Shown: positions 19,149 through 28,484 of the stretch, piece by piece
How positions within the stretch are numbered: the stretch's first letter is position 1
Layout: each line of letters begins with the position of its first letter
Assembly (NCBI GenBank): GCA_031414595.1
Contig: JANNVX010000098.1
Location: forward strand, 141,724-205,723
DNA from: Deinococcales bacterium
GTDB lineage: Bacteria; Deinococcota; Deinococci; Deinococcales; JAAFIG01
Direction of reading: 5' to 3'
DNA: 64,000 nt
Position numbers and translations under genes: made by a program
Notes under the pieces: generated by a model
What the model saw: the letters and a program-made list of their open reading frames with translations, nothing else
The model's database searches: none
Told to the model about the DNA's origin: nothing

Positions 19149-20492
19149 ATGATTCTTGTTTGGCATCGCGCCGACCTTCGCACCCACGACCATCCAGCTT
19201 TGGCAAGGGCTGCTGCTCGAGGGCAAGTGATACCCTGTTTTATCCTTGACCCGAGTTTATTAAGTGCGCCTTACACGGGCAATAACCGTGTCGAGTGGTT
19301 GTACGCTTGTCTGCACGCCTTATCAGAATCCTACCAAGCCCTCGGCTCGAGCTTGCTGCTCTTGGCTGGCACACCAGAAAATGAATTGCTGCGTTTGGCA
19401 AGAGAGTCTGGCGCAAAAGCAGTCTATGCCCTAAAAAGTTATGAACCCATCGGCATGACCCGAGATGCTCGGGTTAAACAAGTCTTAGAAGCGGCTGGAA
19501 TCGAATTTAGATTACTGGCTGGCGATTGTGTTCTCGAGCCAAACTCGGTCTTAAATGGCAGTGGCACAATGTACAAGGTTTTTACTCCTTTTTGGCACAC
19601 ATGGAGCAGTATTCCGATTCCCCACATTGCTACACCCTTAGAAAAACTCGAGCCACATGGTTTTTCTAGGATTAAAATTCCACTACCAAGTAGCACCATT
19701 GATTTACCAAAAGCAGGAGAAGTTGCTGCCCAACACCGACTCGAGCAGTTTATTCGCCAAGTTGGACTGCATTACGAAACCAAGCGCGATATTCCCAGTC
19801 TGAACGGGACAAGTCGTTTGTCGCTCGATTTGCACTTGGGGACGCTCTCGCCAAGGGTCGCTGCCCACCAAGCCGCCCAAGCCGGTATGACCGCATGGGT
19901 ACGAGAACTTTGCTGGCGCGATTTTTACCGTCATGTTTTGGTGGCACAACCGCAACTCGAGCATTCGGCATTTCGCCCAGAATGGAATAATTTTCCTTGG
20001 CGCGATGACGCACTGGATTTTGAAACTTGGCAAGCTGGACAAACTGGTTATCCAATCATAGACGCGGGAATGCGCCAACTGAGCAGCACAGGTTGGATGC
20101 ACAACCGTGTGCGAATGATTGTGGCGAGCTTTTTATGTAAGCATTTGCTGTTGCCTTGGCAATACGGGGCAGCCCATTTTAACAATTTATTACTCGATGG
20201 CGACCTTGCTAGTAATAACGGTGGCTGGCAATGGAGCGCTGGTTGTGGGGTAGATGCCGCGCCGTATTTTAGGGTTTTTAATCCTGTGACCCAAGGTGAA
20301 AAATTTGACTCGAGCGCCGAGTACATCAAGCGCTTTGTTCCAGAACTGCAAAACTTAGCCAACAAAGAAGCCCATCAGCCTTGGATTAGTTTGCGCCCAC
20401 CAAAGAACTATCCAGCCCCAATGTTGCCCCTGGCTTTTGGCAGAGATCGTTTTCTCGAGACCGCAAAACAGCACTTAAACTCTTCGCCTTAG
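19149..20492 (+). CDS. phrB: Deoxyribodipyrimidine photolyase
   Basis: WHRADLR.HD.PAL, TSRLS, ELCWRDFY, TGYPIIDAGMRQL, WMHNRVRM, SNNGGWQW and YFRVFNP motifs. Confidence 0.95.
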   Translation: MILVWHRADLRTHDHPALARAAARGQVIPCFILDPSLLSAPYTGNNRVEWLYACLHALSESYQALGSSLLLLAGTPENELLRLARESGAKAVYALKSYEPIGMTRDARVKQVLEAAGIEFRLLAGDCVLEPNSVLNGSGTMYKVFTPFWHTWSSIPIPHIATPLEKLEPHGFSRIKIPLPSSTIDLPKAGEVAAQHRLEQFIRQVGLHYETKRDIPSLNGTSRLSLDLHLGTLSPRVAAHQAAQAGMTAWVRELCWRDFYRHVLVAQPQLEHSAFRPEWNNFPWRDDALDFETWQAGQTGYPIIDAGMRQLSSTGWMHNRVRMIVASFLCKHLLLPWQYGAAHFNNLLLDGDLASNNGGWQWSAGCGVDAAPYFRVFNPVTQGEKFDSSAEYIKRFVPELQNLANKEAHQPWISLRPPKNYPAPMLPLAFGRDRFLETAKQHLNSSP

Positions 20493-20839
20493 CGTTTTGT
20501 CAGGGTTTCTTTGCCTGTTTGTGTGTTGCCACATCCCGCCCAAATGCCCTCTAAAGTGCTGCCACGCACTGTATACGAACTGACACCGCAAGGAGTCCAT
20601 GCCACAGCCAGATGCGTGCCTTGGAGTACACCAGTACCTTTGTAGCTACTGCCGTCATTCAGTGTCCAGCCAATCACATAGACTTGTCCTGTTTGGCGGA
20701 TTGTGGCTTTGCCTGTGTAGGTTGTGCCGCTTGCGTGCGAGCCAGTCACTTTGTACTCACCGCTTAGACTGGAATTCTGAGCCACAACACTGCCAAATAG
20801 CAAAGCCATAACTATATATTTCCACAAGCCTTTTTTCAT
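20489..20839 (-). CDS. Small secreted beta-barrel hypothetical protein
   Basis: Signal peptide; LSGEY.V.G, YTGKATI, Y.GTG and GKETL pattern. Confidence 0.6.
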   Translation of the reverse strand: MKKGLWKYIVMALLFGSVVAQNSSLSGEYKVTGSHASGTTYTGKATIRQTGQVYVIGWTLNDGSSYKGTGVLQGTHLAVAWTPCGVSSYTVRGSTLEGIWAGCGNTQTGKETLTKR

Positions 20840-20883
20840 GGCTGTAGTCTATCAAAGTTATCTCGAGGTGTGGGCTGATTTCT

Positions 20884-21324
20884 TTAGATAAACGCCACTG
20901 CCCAAATTGCCTTTTCTCGTACCTCGAGCTTAACGGCTGTCAGTGGGCTACGCGCTGGTCCAGCCTTGACCAAGCCCAATCCGTCAAATTCGCTGCCGTG
21001 ACAATCGCAGTAATGCACACCATCGGTTTTAGGTAATTCGGTCTGGCAACCTGCGTGGGTGCAACGTCTCGAGACGGCACTAAAAGCCTCTTTTTCGACC
21101 ACCAAAGCCCGTTCTGTTTTTTCTTTTGGCACAGTTACCCGTTGCAGCAGACAAGCCCTATTTTCAAAAGTAAATTCTAAGGGTTTCCATTTGGCATCAA
21201 TTTTGTCTAAATCCACCAGTTTGATGGCTTTAACGGCTGCGGTTTGTGCCAAAGCGGTCTCGAGGGCGAAGCTCGAGCCTAGGGCGGCAAGAGCAAGGGT
21301 TTTATTGGCTTCACGTCTATTCAT
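20884..21324 (-). CDS. Tat-exported Rieske [2Fe-2S] protein
   Basis: MNRRE twin-arginine signal; CTHAGC and CDCHGS boxes; GPA..PL. Confidence 0.88.
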   Translation of the reverse strand: MNRREANKTLALAALGSSFALETALAQTAAVKAIKLVDLDKIDAKWKPLEFTFENRACLLQRVTVPKEKTERALVVEKEAFSAVSRRCTHAGCQTELPKTDGVHYCDCHGSEFDGLGLVKAGPARSPLTAVKLEVREKAIWAVAFI

Positions 21325-21466
21325 AAGGGTTTTATTGTCGCAGGATTTAAGTAAAAATTCGTGTCATTTACCACACAATGAGAACAACGTAAAGAAATTC
21401 TTAAGACAATGGTCTGGTCAGCACGACCGACTTGGACTTAATCCCAAGTCGGGTTAAACTAAACCC

Positions 21467-21775
21467 ATGAACATCCAAAAAATGATGAAACAAATGCAAA
21501 AAGCCCAGTCTGCCCAAGCCGACATGCAGGAAAAACTCGAGGCACTTGAGATTATTGGCAGTGCTGGCGGCGGCATGGTCAAAGCCACTTGCACAGGCAG
21601 TGGGCAAATCAAAGCGCTTAAACTCGAGAAAATTGTGGTAGACCCCGAAGATGTCGAAGCCCTTGAGGACTTGATTTTGGTGGCGATTCAAGATGCCCAG
21701 AAAAAAGCGGCGGATGCCCAACAAACCGAAACCAGTAAACTGATGAGCAGTTTGCAAATTCCTGGAATGAGGTAA
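21467..21775 (+). CDS. ybaB: YbaB/EbfC nucleoid-associated protein
   Basis: MMKQMQK, GSAGGGMV and DVEALEDLILVAI motifs. Confidence 0.92.
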   Translation: MNIQKMMKQMQKAQSAQADMQEKLEALEIIGSAGGGMVKATCTGSGQIKALKLEKIVVDPEDVEALEDLILVAIQDAQKKAADAQQTETSKLMSSLQIPGMR

Positions 21776-21806
21776 AAGCAGGGTTAAAAGGTTAAAGGGA
21801 AAAAGG

Positions 21807-22406
21807 TCAAAGGGGTTTTTCTAGGTTGATTTGCATTCGTGCTGCCACTCCGCGCTCGAGTTCGCCCTGCTGCTTAAGTTGGGCAATTACATTTTTTTGG
21901 TCGGTTGCACTGCGGTTCTGCGAGAGCTTAAATTTACCCTCGAGCCGCGTGATGGAAATTTCAAAACCAACCAAAGCGTTCTGCATTCCCTCGAGATATT
22001 TGGGCGAATACTTGGGCATTTCGGTTTCATGATCGTGCTGCTGCATTAACGCCTCGAGTTGCGCTCTGGTTTCGGTGGCGTTCAGAATTCGGGCTGTGCC
22101 ATACGCATGAACTGTGGCGTAATTCCATGTTGGGACATCGGTTTGTTCGTACCATCTGTTTGAGATTAAAGCATGTTCGGCTTGGAAAACCACCAGCACT
22201 TCTTTATCGTCAAAATGCTGCCATTGCGGGTTGGCTTTGGCAATGTGAGCGCTGAGGGTTTGGGTATCCTCGAGTGGCGTAAAAGGGATACTGGTGGCAA
22301 ATGGCAAACCATCTGGGGCAGTAATCAGCAGCGCAAAATTAAATTGGCGCATCAATTCCCAAAGAAGGGTTTGGTCGGTCACGGCATTGTGCTTTGGAAT
22401 ATACAT
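21807..22406 (-). CDS. paiB: PaiB-family FMN/heme-binding protein
   Basis: MYIPKH, HIAKANPQW, VPTWNY.TVHAYG and GKFKLSQNR motifs. Confidence 0.88.
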   Translation of the reverse strand: MYIPKHNAVTDQTLLWELMRQFNFALLITAPDGLPFATSIPFTPLEDTQTLSAHIAKANPQWQHFDDKEVLVVFQAEHALISNRWYEQTDVPTWNYATVHAYGTARILNATETRAQLEALMQQHDHETEMPKYSPKYLEGMQNALVGFEISITRLEGKFKLSQNRSATDQKNVIAQLKQQGELERGVAARMQINLEKPL

Positions 22407-22424
22407 TAACGCAGTGTATAAATA

Positions 22425-22450
22425 AATTGGTGCTAGAAAAAGCACCAATT
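22425..22450. promoter_or_regulatory. Inverted repeat operator between paiB and MocR-family regulator
   Basis: Perfect inverted repeat AATTGGTGCT-N6-AGCACCAATT. Confidence 0.65.
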
Positions 22451-22478
22451 CTAAATAATTTTTTAGTACCATTAATCC

Positions 22479-23903
22479 ATGACCGATTTACCACAAATTC
22501 ACTTAGACCCCACAGCCAAAACCTCACTGCATCGTCAGGTCTACAATACTTTACGTGGTGCTATTCTGAGCGGAGCATTGCCGCATGGCACAAAATTACC
22601 CGCCACTCGAGCCTTGGCAAGCGCACATGGTATCTCGAGGAATACAGTCTTGGCAGCTTTTGAGGACTTGATTGCCGAGGGCTTTTTAGAAAGCAAAATT
22701 GGGGCTGGAACGTTTATTGCCCACACCAGCACCCCAAAACAGCAAATTGCAGCCCAAGAACTCTCTCAACGCGGCACAGAACTGTCCAGAATTGCGGTCA
22801 GTATCCCAAGAGAAAACCGAATTGCTGCTTTTCGGCACGGCATCCCAGATTTTAATTTATTCCCGTGGGCTATTTGGACACGGCTTTACAGCCAAGCAGC
22901 CCGCAACAAACCCAATTTAGGCTATGCCGACCCACAGGGCGAACCTGCGCTGCGTAGCGCAATCGCGGCGCATGTGGCTGCCACTCGAGCGGTGCATTGC
23001 CAAGCCGAGCAAATTATCATCACCAGTGGTTCACAACAAGCCATTTGTTTAGCGGCTCAGCTTTTACTCGAGCCAAACGACTTGGTGTGGTTTGAGAATC
23101 CGGGCTACTTGGGCGCTCGAGCCGCATTACTGGCAGCCAATGCCAAAATAGAAGCCATCCCAGTGGATGAAAACGGTTTAGATGTCAGCGCAGGGCAGCA
23201 AATTGCACCCAAGGCAAGACTGGCGTATGTCACGCCATCGCATCAATACCCAACAGGTGTGACCATGAGCCACACGCGGCGCTTAGAACTGCTGAATTGG
23301 GCAAACAAAACCAATGCTTGGATTTTAGAAGACGATTACGACAGCGAATACCGCTACGATCATCGTCCGCTCGAGAGTTTACAAAGCCTTGATTCGCACG
23401 GACGGGTGATTTACATTGGCACATTCTCCAAAGTTTTATTTCCCGCCCTACGGCTTGGCTACATGATTGTTCCCAGTAATTTAAGTGCTGCCTCTGCTGC
23501 GGCTCGAGCCATTCAAGACCGTGGTTCAAGTACCTTAGAGCAACAAACCCTGACTGCTTTTATGCAGCAACACCATTTTGCAAGGCATATTCGCCGTACC
23601 CAAAAACATTATTTGGAACGCCGCGAAGTGCTGCGCCACAACTTAGAAAAGCATATTCCCAGCCTCGAGTTACAAGGTTTTGAAGCTGGGATGCACCTGT
23701 GTGCTTGGCTGACCGACGGACAAGACGATAGACGCATCTCGAGAATTGTCTCAGAGCATGGGCTAGAAGTCATGCCAATCAGTGCTTACAGCCAAACGCC
23801 CTTAGAACGAGGCGGGTTCTTGTTAGGTTATGCGGCTGTACCACCCAAGGCACTCGAGGAAGCCGTGCGGGTACTGGCAAAAATTATTTCTGCGCCACAA
23901 TAA
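22479..23903 (+). CDS. MocR/GabR-family GntR regulator with PLP-aminotransferase domain
   Basis: KLPATRALA..HGISRNTV wHTH; YVTPSHQYPTG, EDDYDSEY and GTFSKVLFPALRLGY motifs. Confidence 0.94.
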   Translation: MTDLPQIHLDPTAKTSLHRQVYNTLRGAILSGALPHGTKLPATRALASAHGISRNTVLAAFEDLIAEGFLESKIGAGTFIAHTSTPKQQIAAQELSQRGTELSRIAVSIPRENRIAAFRHGIPDFNLFPWAIWTRLYSQAARNKPNLGYADPQGEPALRSAIAAHVAATRAVHCQAEQIIITSGSQQAICLAAQLLLEPNDLVWFENPGYLGARAALLAANAKIEAIPVDENGLDVSAGQQIAPKARLAYVTPSHQYPTGVTMSHTRRLELLNWANKTNAWILEDDYDSEYRYDHRPLESLQSLDSHGRVIYIGTFSKVLFPALRLGYMIVPSNLSAASAAARAIQDRGSSTLEQQTLTAFMQQHHFARHIRRTQKHYLERREVLRHNLEKHIPSLELQGFEAGMHLCAWLTDGQDDRRISRIVSEHGLEVMPISAYSQTPLERGGFLLGYAAVPPKALEEAVRVLAKIISAPQ

Positions 23904-24714
23904 ATCGCTTGCGCCCCGTTAAATCAGCCTCGAGCCATGCGTTCCAGCCTGTTTGCAACATCTCGGTTTGCAAAATCGGAGCATTGCGTGGGTCTAACTC
24001 GAGCAGCAAAAAACCATTTTTGGTTAAGTAATCTGGGGCTTGTAAAACCAGTTCTCTTGCTAAGCCCAGACCATCCGCACCAGAAAAAAGGGCTTGACGG
24101 GGTTCTTGTTGTACTTCAGGCTCGAGCAGGTCAGTTTCGGGAAGATACGGCGGATTAGAAACAATCACACTAAATTGAGGAGTCAAGCCGTTTAGCAAAG
24201 AAGTTTCTAGGACATGGATATGCAGCTTTAAGCGCTTAGCATTCTCGAGTGTCAAAGTAATCGCACTAGGGTTAATGTCGGTTGCCCAAACCTCGAGACT
24301 CGGGCGTTCAGATTTTAAGGCAAGAGCAATCGCCCCAGAGCCACAACCGACATCCACCACCCGCCCTGAATCACCTAGCCGATCTAAGGTCAGTTCGACC
24401 AAGCGCTCGGTCTCTGGGCGCGGAATCAGCGCACCAGAACACACTTTTAATTCCAAACCATAAAATTCGGTACTGCCAATAATCCACTGCAACGGTTCTC
24501 GAGCCGCACGGCGATGCACCCAAGATTGATAAGTCTCGAGTTCGGCATGGCTCAGGATTCGGTTCGGTTCAAGTAATACCGCTCGAGTCGCACCCAGCGC
24601 AAAAATTAGCAGCCACTGTGCATCAAAGACTGGACTCGAGACTTGGGCTACCTCGAGTTGGATAATCGCTGCTTTTAGGGTTTCTGAGAGGGTGATAAAG
24701 TCTCCGCTTGCCAC
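23884..24714 (-). CDS. prmC: Release factor glutamine N5-methyltransferase
   Basis: REPLQWI.G, LIPRPETE, DVGCGSGAI, SNPPY motifs; start uncertain. Confidence 0.93.
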   Translation of the reverse strand: MASGDFITLSETLKAAIIQLEVAQVSSPVFDAQWLLIFALGATRAVLLEPNRILSHAELETYQSWVHRRAAREPLQWIIGSTEFYGLELKVCSGALIPRPETERLVELTLDRLGDSGRVVDVGCGSGAIALALKSERPSLEVWATDINPSAITLTLENAKRLKLHIHVLETSLLNGLTPQFSVIVSNPPYLPETDLLEPEVQQEPRQALFSGADGLGLARELVLQAPDYLTKNGFLLLELDPRNAPILQTEMLQTGWNAWLEADLTGRKRFIVAQK

Positions 24715-26219
24715 GTTACAATACTTTTTTGCCCCACATCAAAAACCACACCAATACCAATCACGGTTTTGGCGTAGCCTTTAGCATACTGCCCGTCTTT
24801 GATTTGCTTTAAGGCTGTCTCCGCATCACCACCGAGCTTAAATTCAAATAAAATAATCTGCTCTGGCGTGTCTACAACTGTATCTATGCGTCCCAAACTG
24901 GTTTGTACTTGGCTTTGAGTAGGAAAACCGGTGCTGACCAACATCAAGTGCATTAAGCTGTGCATATACATTTCGCGCTTGGGGAATATTTCGTATGGAA
25001 TAGCCGCAAAAACCCGATTGCAAATCTCAAAAAAAACTGTCCAATCTGGCGCAATTAAAGCATCATGTAACTCGAGACCAAAACTGCCGTGTTCATGGAT
25101 GTTGCGTTCAGCGTAAACCTCGAGCAGACCCTTGGAGAAGGCTTGGCGTACTTCTTCATTGGGATAGGACAATTGATAGCGCGTTCCTTGTAAGCTGATA
25201 ATTTTTTGCTTTATCGTTAAATAACCTGTCTGAAACATCAAAGAAACGGACTCGAGACGTTCGAGGCTTGGGCTTGAAATGCTCATTTCATCCAGTGCGA
25301 TTGAGTTAAAACGCAGTGGGTCAAGGGCGGCTTTTTTAATCATTTCAAGCAGAAAGGTTGGTGTGCCAGTCTCATACCAAAATGACCTGAATTCTTGTTG
25401 TTCTAAAAAAAGTAGGAAACTAAACGGGCAATAGACTTTCTGCACCGAGTCCCATGAATATCCGTTGTACCAATGCTTTATGGCTTCCCAAAGTTCGGTC
25501 ATGGGAACAGCAAACTTTTTTTGCAAAGACTCGAGGTGACCCTGAAAATTCGTTTCAATTTCAGTGTGGGTATAACCACACAAGACCGCGTATTTATCAT
25601 CAAGGGAAATATCTTGGAGGTTGTTCAGATCAGAAAATAAACTCAGTTTACCGATTTTAGAAACACCCGTTAAAAAAACCAAATGTAAATAGGCATCCAT
25701 TGGTTTTAAAACACCATATAGGCTTTTGAGGGTCGCTTGATGTTCTGCTCTTTTTTCTGGCTCGAGTAGGTAGTCAGTGATGGGTTTATCGTACTCGTCA
25801 ATCAGTACCACCACTTTATCGGTTTTGGATAACTCGAGAATCAAGCTACGAAAAGCACTGGAAACAGTATCACCTTGGAGTTCTATGCCGTACTCAGCAG
25901 CTACGATTTGCAACCACTCGAGAATTCCTTTTTGCAAGGATTGGTCACGAAAACTGATGTTACTAAAATCAATCCGAATTACTGGGCGCGGCTTAAAGTC
26001 GTGCTTGTCATAAAGCCACAAATCTTGAAATAAGTCTTTGCGCCCTTCATAAATGGCTTTTAAGGTGGACAGCAACAATGATTTACCAAAACGCCTTGGG
26101 CGAGACAGGAAAAACACACCCGCTCGCAAAAAAGCCTCGAAGTACATGGTTTTATCCACATACACAAGCTGATTTTGACGCAGTTTGGCAAAATCTTGTA
26201 TCCCGATTGGTAAGTTCAC
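24675..26219 (-). CDS. AAA-ATPase-like protein with C-terminal PD-(D/E)XK nuclease domain
   Basis: LPIGIQDF, YVDKT, RPRRFGKSL, LIDEYDKP, LTGVSK, WYNGY, YPNEEV; C-terminal GRID...FEFK...ALKQIK..QY. Confidence 0.88.
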   Translation of the reverse strand: MNLPIGIQDFAKLRQNQLVYVDKTMYFEAFLRAGVFFLSRPRRFGKSLLLSTLKAIYEGRKDLFQDLWLYDKHDFKPRPVIRIDFSNISFRDQSLQKGILEWLQIVAAEYGIELQGDTVSSAFRSLILELSKTDKVVVLIDEYDKPITDYLLEPEKRAEHQATLKSLYGVLKPMDAYLHLVFLTGVSKIGKLSLFSDLNNLQDISLDDKYAVLCGYTHTEIETNFQGHLESLQKKFAVPMTELWEAIKHWYNGYSWDSVQKVYCPFSFLLFLEQQEFRSFWYETGTPTFLLEMIKKAALDPLRFNSIALDEMSISSPSLERLESVSLMFQTGYLTIKQKIISLQGTRYQLSYPNEEVRQAFSKGLLEVYAERNIHEHGSFGLELHDALIAPDWTVFFEICNRVFAAIPYEIFPKREMYMHSLMHLMLVSTGFPTQSQVQTSLGRIDTVVDTPEQIILFEFKLGGDAETALKQIKDGQYAKGYAKTVIGIGVVFDVGQKSIVTWQAETLSPSQKP

Positions 26220-26221
26220 AA

Positions 26222-26803
26222 TTACCTTGGTTTGACAATGATGCGTCTGTCCATGCCTTCGCCGACCGATTCTGTGACCACAAAGGCATCTTCACGCAGG
26301 GCAATGTGAATAATTCGCCTGTCGGCTGCACCCAGAGCATCCATTTCAAAAGGCTCACCTGTTTTACGAACCCTTGCGGCTGCGCGGCGGGCGGTCTCGA
26401 GCAGGCGTTCTTCATGGCGGCGTTTATAGCCGGCTGCATCTACATTGACCCTTGGGGCATTTTCGCCAACTTCTTTTGCCAGCACTGTGTTGGCTAAGAA
26501 TTCGATTGCGCCTAGGGTGCGTCCTTCGCGTCCGATAATTCTGCCAGAATCGCCGCCCGTGATTTCAGCCAAAATGTTTTCGCCACGTTCTTTGGCGGCA
26601 ACGCTGTACCCAGGGGCAATGTGAACCAGTAACCCAGTCAAGAAATCCTCGACAATGCTGTCGGCACTGGCGTTTAATCGGGGGCTGCGCCCGACTGGAC
26701 TCACCGCCACAACAGGGGCATTGCGCGGCGCGGCTGGCGTTTTGGTTTGGTTCTCATCCGAGATGCCAAGGTCGGAGAGGTACGAGTCTAAATTTTTGTC
26801 CAT
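26222..26803 (-). CDS. jag: Jag/KhpB RNA-binding protein (KH + R3H)
   Basis: IIGREGRTL KH loop, DAAGYK, RRIIHIAL R3H, ESVGEG..R. Confidence 0.88.
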   Translation of the reverse strand: MDKNLDSYLSDLGISDENQTKTPAAPRNAPVVAVSPVGRSPRLNASADSIVEDFLTGLLVHIAPGYSVAAKERGENILAEITGGDSGRIIGREGRTLGAIEFLANTVLAKEVGENAPRVNVDAAGYKRRHEERLLETARRAAARVRKTGEPFEMDALGAADRRIIHIALREDAFVVTESVGEGMDRRIIVKPR

Positions 26804-26848
26804 GTGGCTAGTCTATCAAAATGTAGCCAAGAAACGTAGACTGTAGCC

Positions 26849-27718
26849 GTGCTTTCTATTGCCACCTTTAGTTTCGTCGCCAAAGACCCAAACAGTCATG
26901 ACCTTGGCGTGGTGGTTGCCAGTAAATTCCTTGCAGTTGGCAGTGTAGTCCCGTGGCTCGAGGCGGGAGTAGGGGCAGTTGCAACCCAAAGTTATGCCAA
27001 TACCAGTTTTGGGGTGCGTTCGCTTGCCCTGCTTAAATCTGGCTCGAGTTTAAGTGAAATTGCCCAGACGCTCGAGCAATCCGACCCTGAGCATCAGTCA
27101 AGGCAGTACGGTGTGGTTAGTGTCAACGGGAATAGTTATAGTTTCACTGGCTCTGAATGTCAGCCTTGGGCGGGTGGGCGTTACGGGCAAAATTACGCTG
27201 CCCAAGGCAATCTTTTAACGGGTGCAGATGTGATAGACACCCTTGTTGAAACCTTTTTGACACACAGCGAATTACCATTTCCGGAGCGTTTACTGGGGGC
27301 GTTACTCGCTGCCGACAAGATTGGCGGTGATGCCAGAGGGCGACAAAGTGCCGCCCTGTATGTGGCTCGAGAGCGTGGTGGCTACGCTGGGTTTAATGAC
27401 CGTTATATTGATTTACGGGTGGATGACCATGCAACCCCGATTCTCGAGTTGCAGCGTTTACTTGCCATGCACCGTTTGTTGTTTGAACGCCCTAACCCAG
27501 ACCAATTGCTGCCGATTTCAGGAGATATTGCCACGCGGGTTTTGGCGGTGCTGCATGGGGCTGGACAGAATTTTTATGCTTGGTCAAAAACCGCCGAAGT
27601 TGCTTTGACAAGGTTAGCTGGTCTTGAAAATCTCGAGGAGCGTTTTACCCAAATTGGGTTTATTGACATCAACGCCTTGCAGTATCTCGAGCAGAAGTAC
27701 AACAGAACAAGCCGCTAA
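26849..27718 (+). CDS. DUF1028 (Ntn-hydrolase-like) protein
   Basis: TFSFVA, ASKFLAVG, ATQSYAN, QGNLL, GGDARGRQSAAL and DLRVDDH motifs. Confidence 0.9.
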   Translation: MLSIATFSFVAKDPNSHDLGVVVASKFLAVGSVVPWLEAGVGAVATQSYANTSFGVRSLALLKSGSSLSEIAQTLEQSDPEHQSRQYGVVSVNGNSYSFTGSECQPWAGGRYGQNYAAQGNLLTGADVIDTLVETFLTHSELPFPERLLGALLAADKIGGDARGRQSAALYVARERGGYAGFNDRYIDLRVDDHATPILELQRLLAMHRLLFERPNPDQLLPISGDIATRVLAVLHGAGQNFYAWSKTAEVALTRLAGLENLEERFTQIGFIDINALQYLEQKYNRTSR

Positions 27719-27765
27719 AAACGGCGTATTGAATTAGCACCAGACCTGTTAGAATAAAAACCGTT

Positions 27766-28392
27766 ATGGCATCCAATCTTTATATTGTTCGGCATGGTCA
27801 AACGACCTTCAACGCAAGTGGCACAAAAACCTTTACGGGTTGGGTAGATGTTGACATCTCCGAAGTTGGCGTGCAGCAAGCCACCGAGATTTCCCAGACC
27901 TTATCTGGAATTCGTTTTGATTTGGCGTATACCAGTCGCTTGTTGCGCTGTCGCCATACCTTAGATATTCTGCTTGCGCCGCATTCGTATGGTGTGCCAA
28001 TCATCACCGATGACCGTATCATCGAACGCAGCTATGGTGATTTAAGTGGGCGTTTACACACCGATATTCAAAAAGAACACCCCGATATGTACAAAATTTG
28101 GCACCGCAGTTACGATGTCCCACCACCCAATGGCGAGAGTGTCAAAATGGTTGAGATGCGGGTTTATCCGTTTATCCACGAACTGCTTCGCAGTGCTGGC
28201 GATGGTAAGAACATCCTGATTTCGGCACACGGCAACAGCATTCGTTGTTTGCGGGCATACTTGGAAAATATGAGCGTTGAGCAGGAAATGAGTTTGGAAG
28301 TGCCACAAAATGATTATCTGCACTACAGCTTTGTTGGTGATACCAAGCACTTATTTGGTGGTGAAGTCACAAAACATCATCCAGTCGCTTAA
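27766..28392 (+). CDS. gpmA: 2,3-bisphosphoglycerate-dependent phosphoglycerate mutase
   Basis: RHGQ, FTGWVDV, ERSYGDL, RSYDVPPPNGES and AHGNSIR motifs. Confidence 0.85.
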   Translation: MASNLYIVRHGQTTFNASGTKTFTGWVDVDISEVGVQQATEISQTLSGIRFDLAYTSRLLRCRHTLDILLAPHSYGVPIITDDRIIERSYGDLSGRLHTDIQKEHPDMYKIWHRSYDVPPPNGESVKMVEMRVYPFIHELLRSAGDGKNILISAHGNSIRCLRAYLENMSVEQEMSLEVPQNDYLHYSFVGDTKHLFGGEVTKHHPVA

Positions 28393-28484
28393 TCGTCTCG
28401 AGGAGCGGCATCGCGACCCAAGCAGTGCCGCTTGAACTTTCACGGGTTGTGTATTTTAGCAACATCAAACAAGTACACTAAGCC

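Noticed and set aside
27766-28392. gpmA lacks any CTCGAG, suggesting recent horizontal transfer
   Set aside because: Only about 3 sites are expected in 630 bp, and the 5' part of gyrB has a similar gap, so it is not significant without phylogeny.
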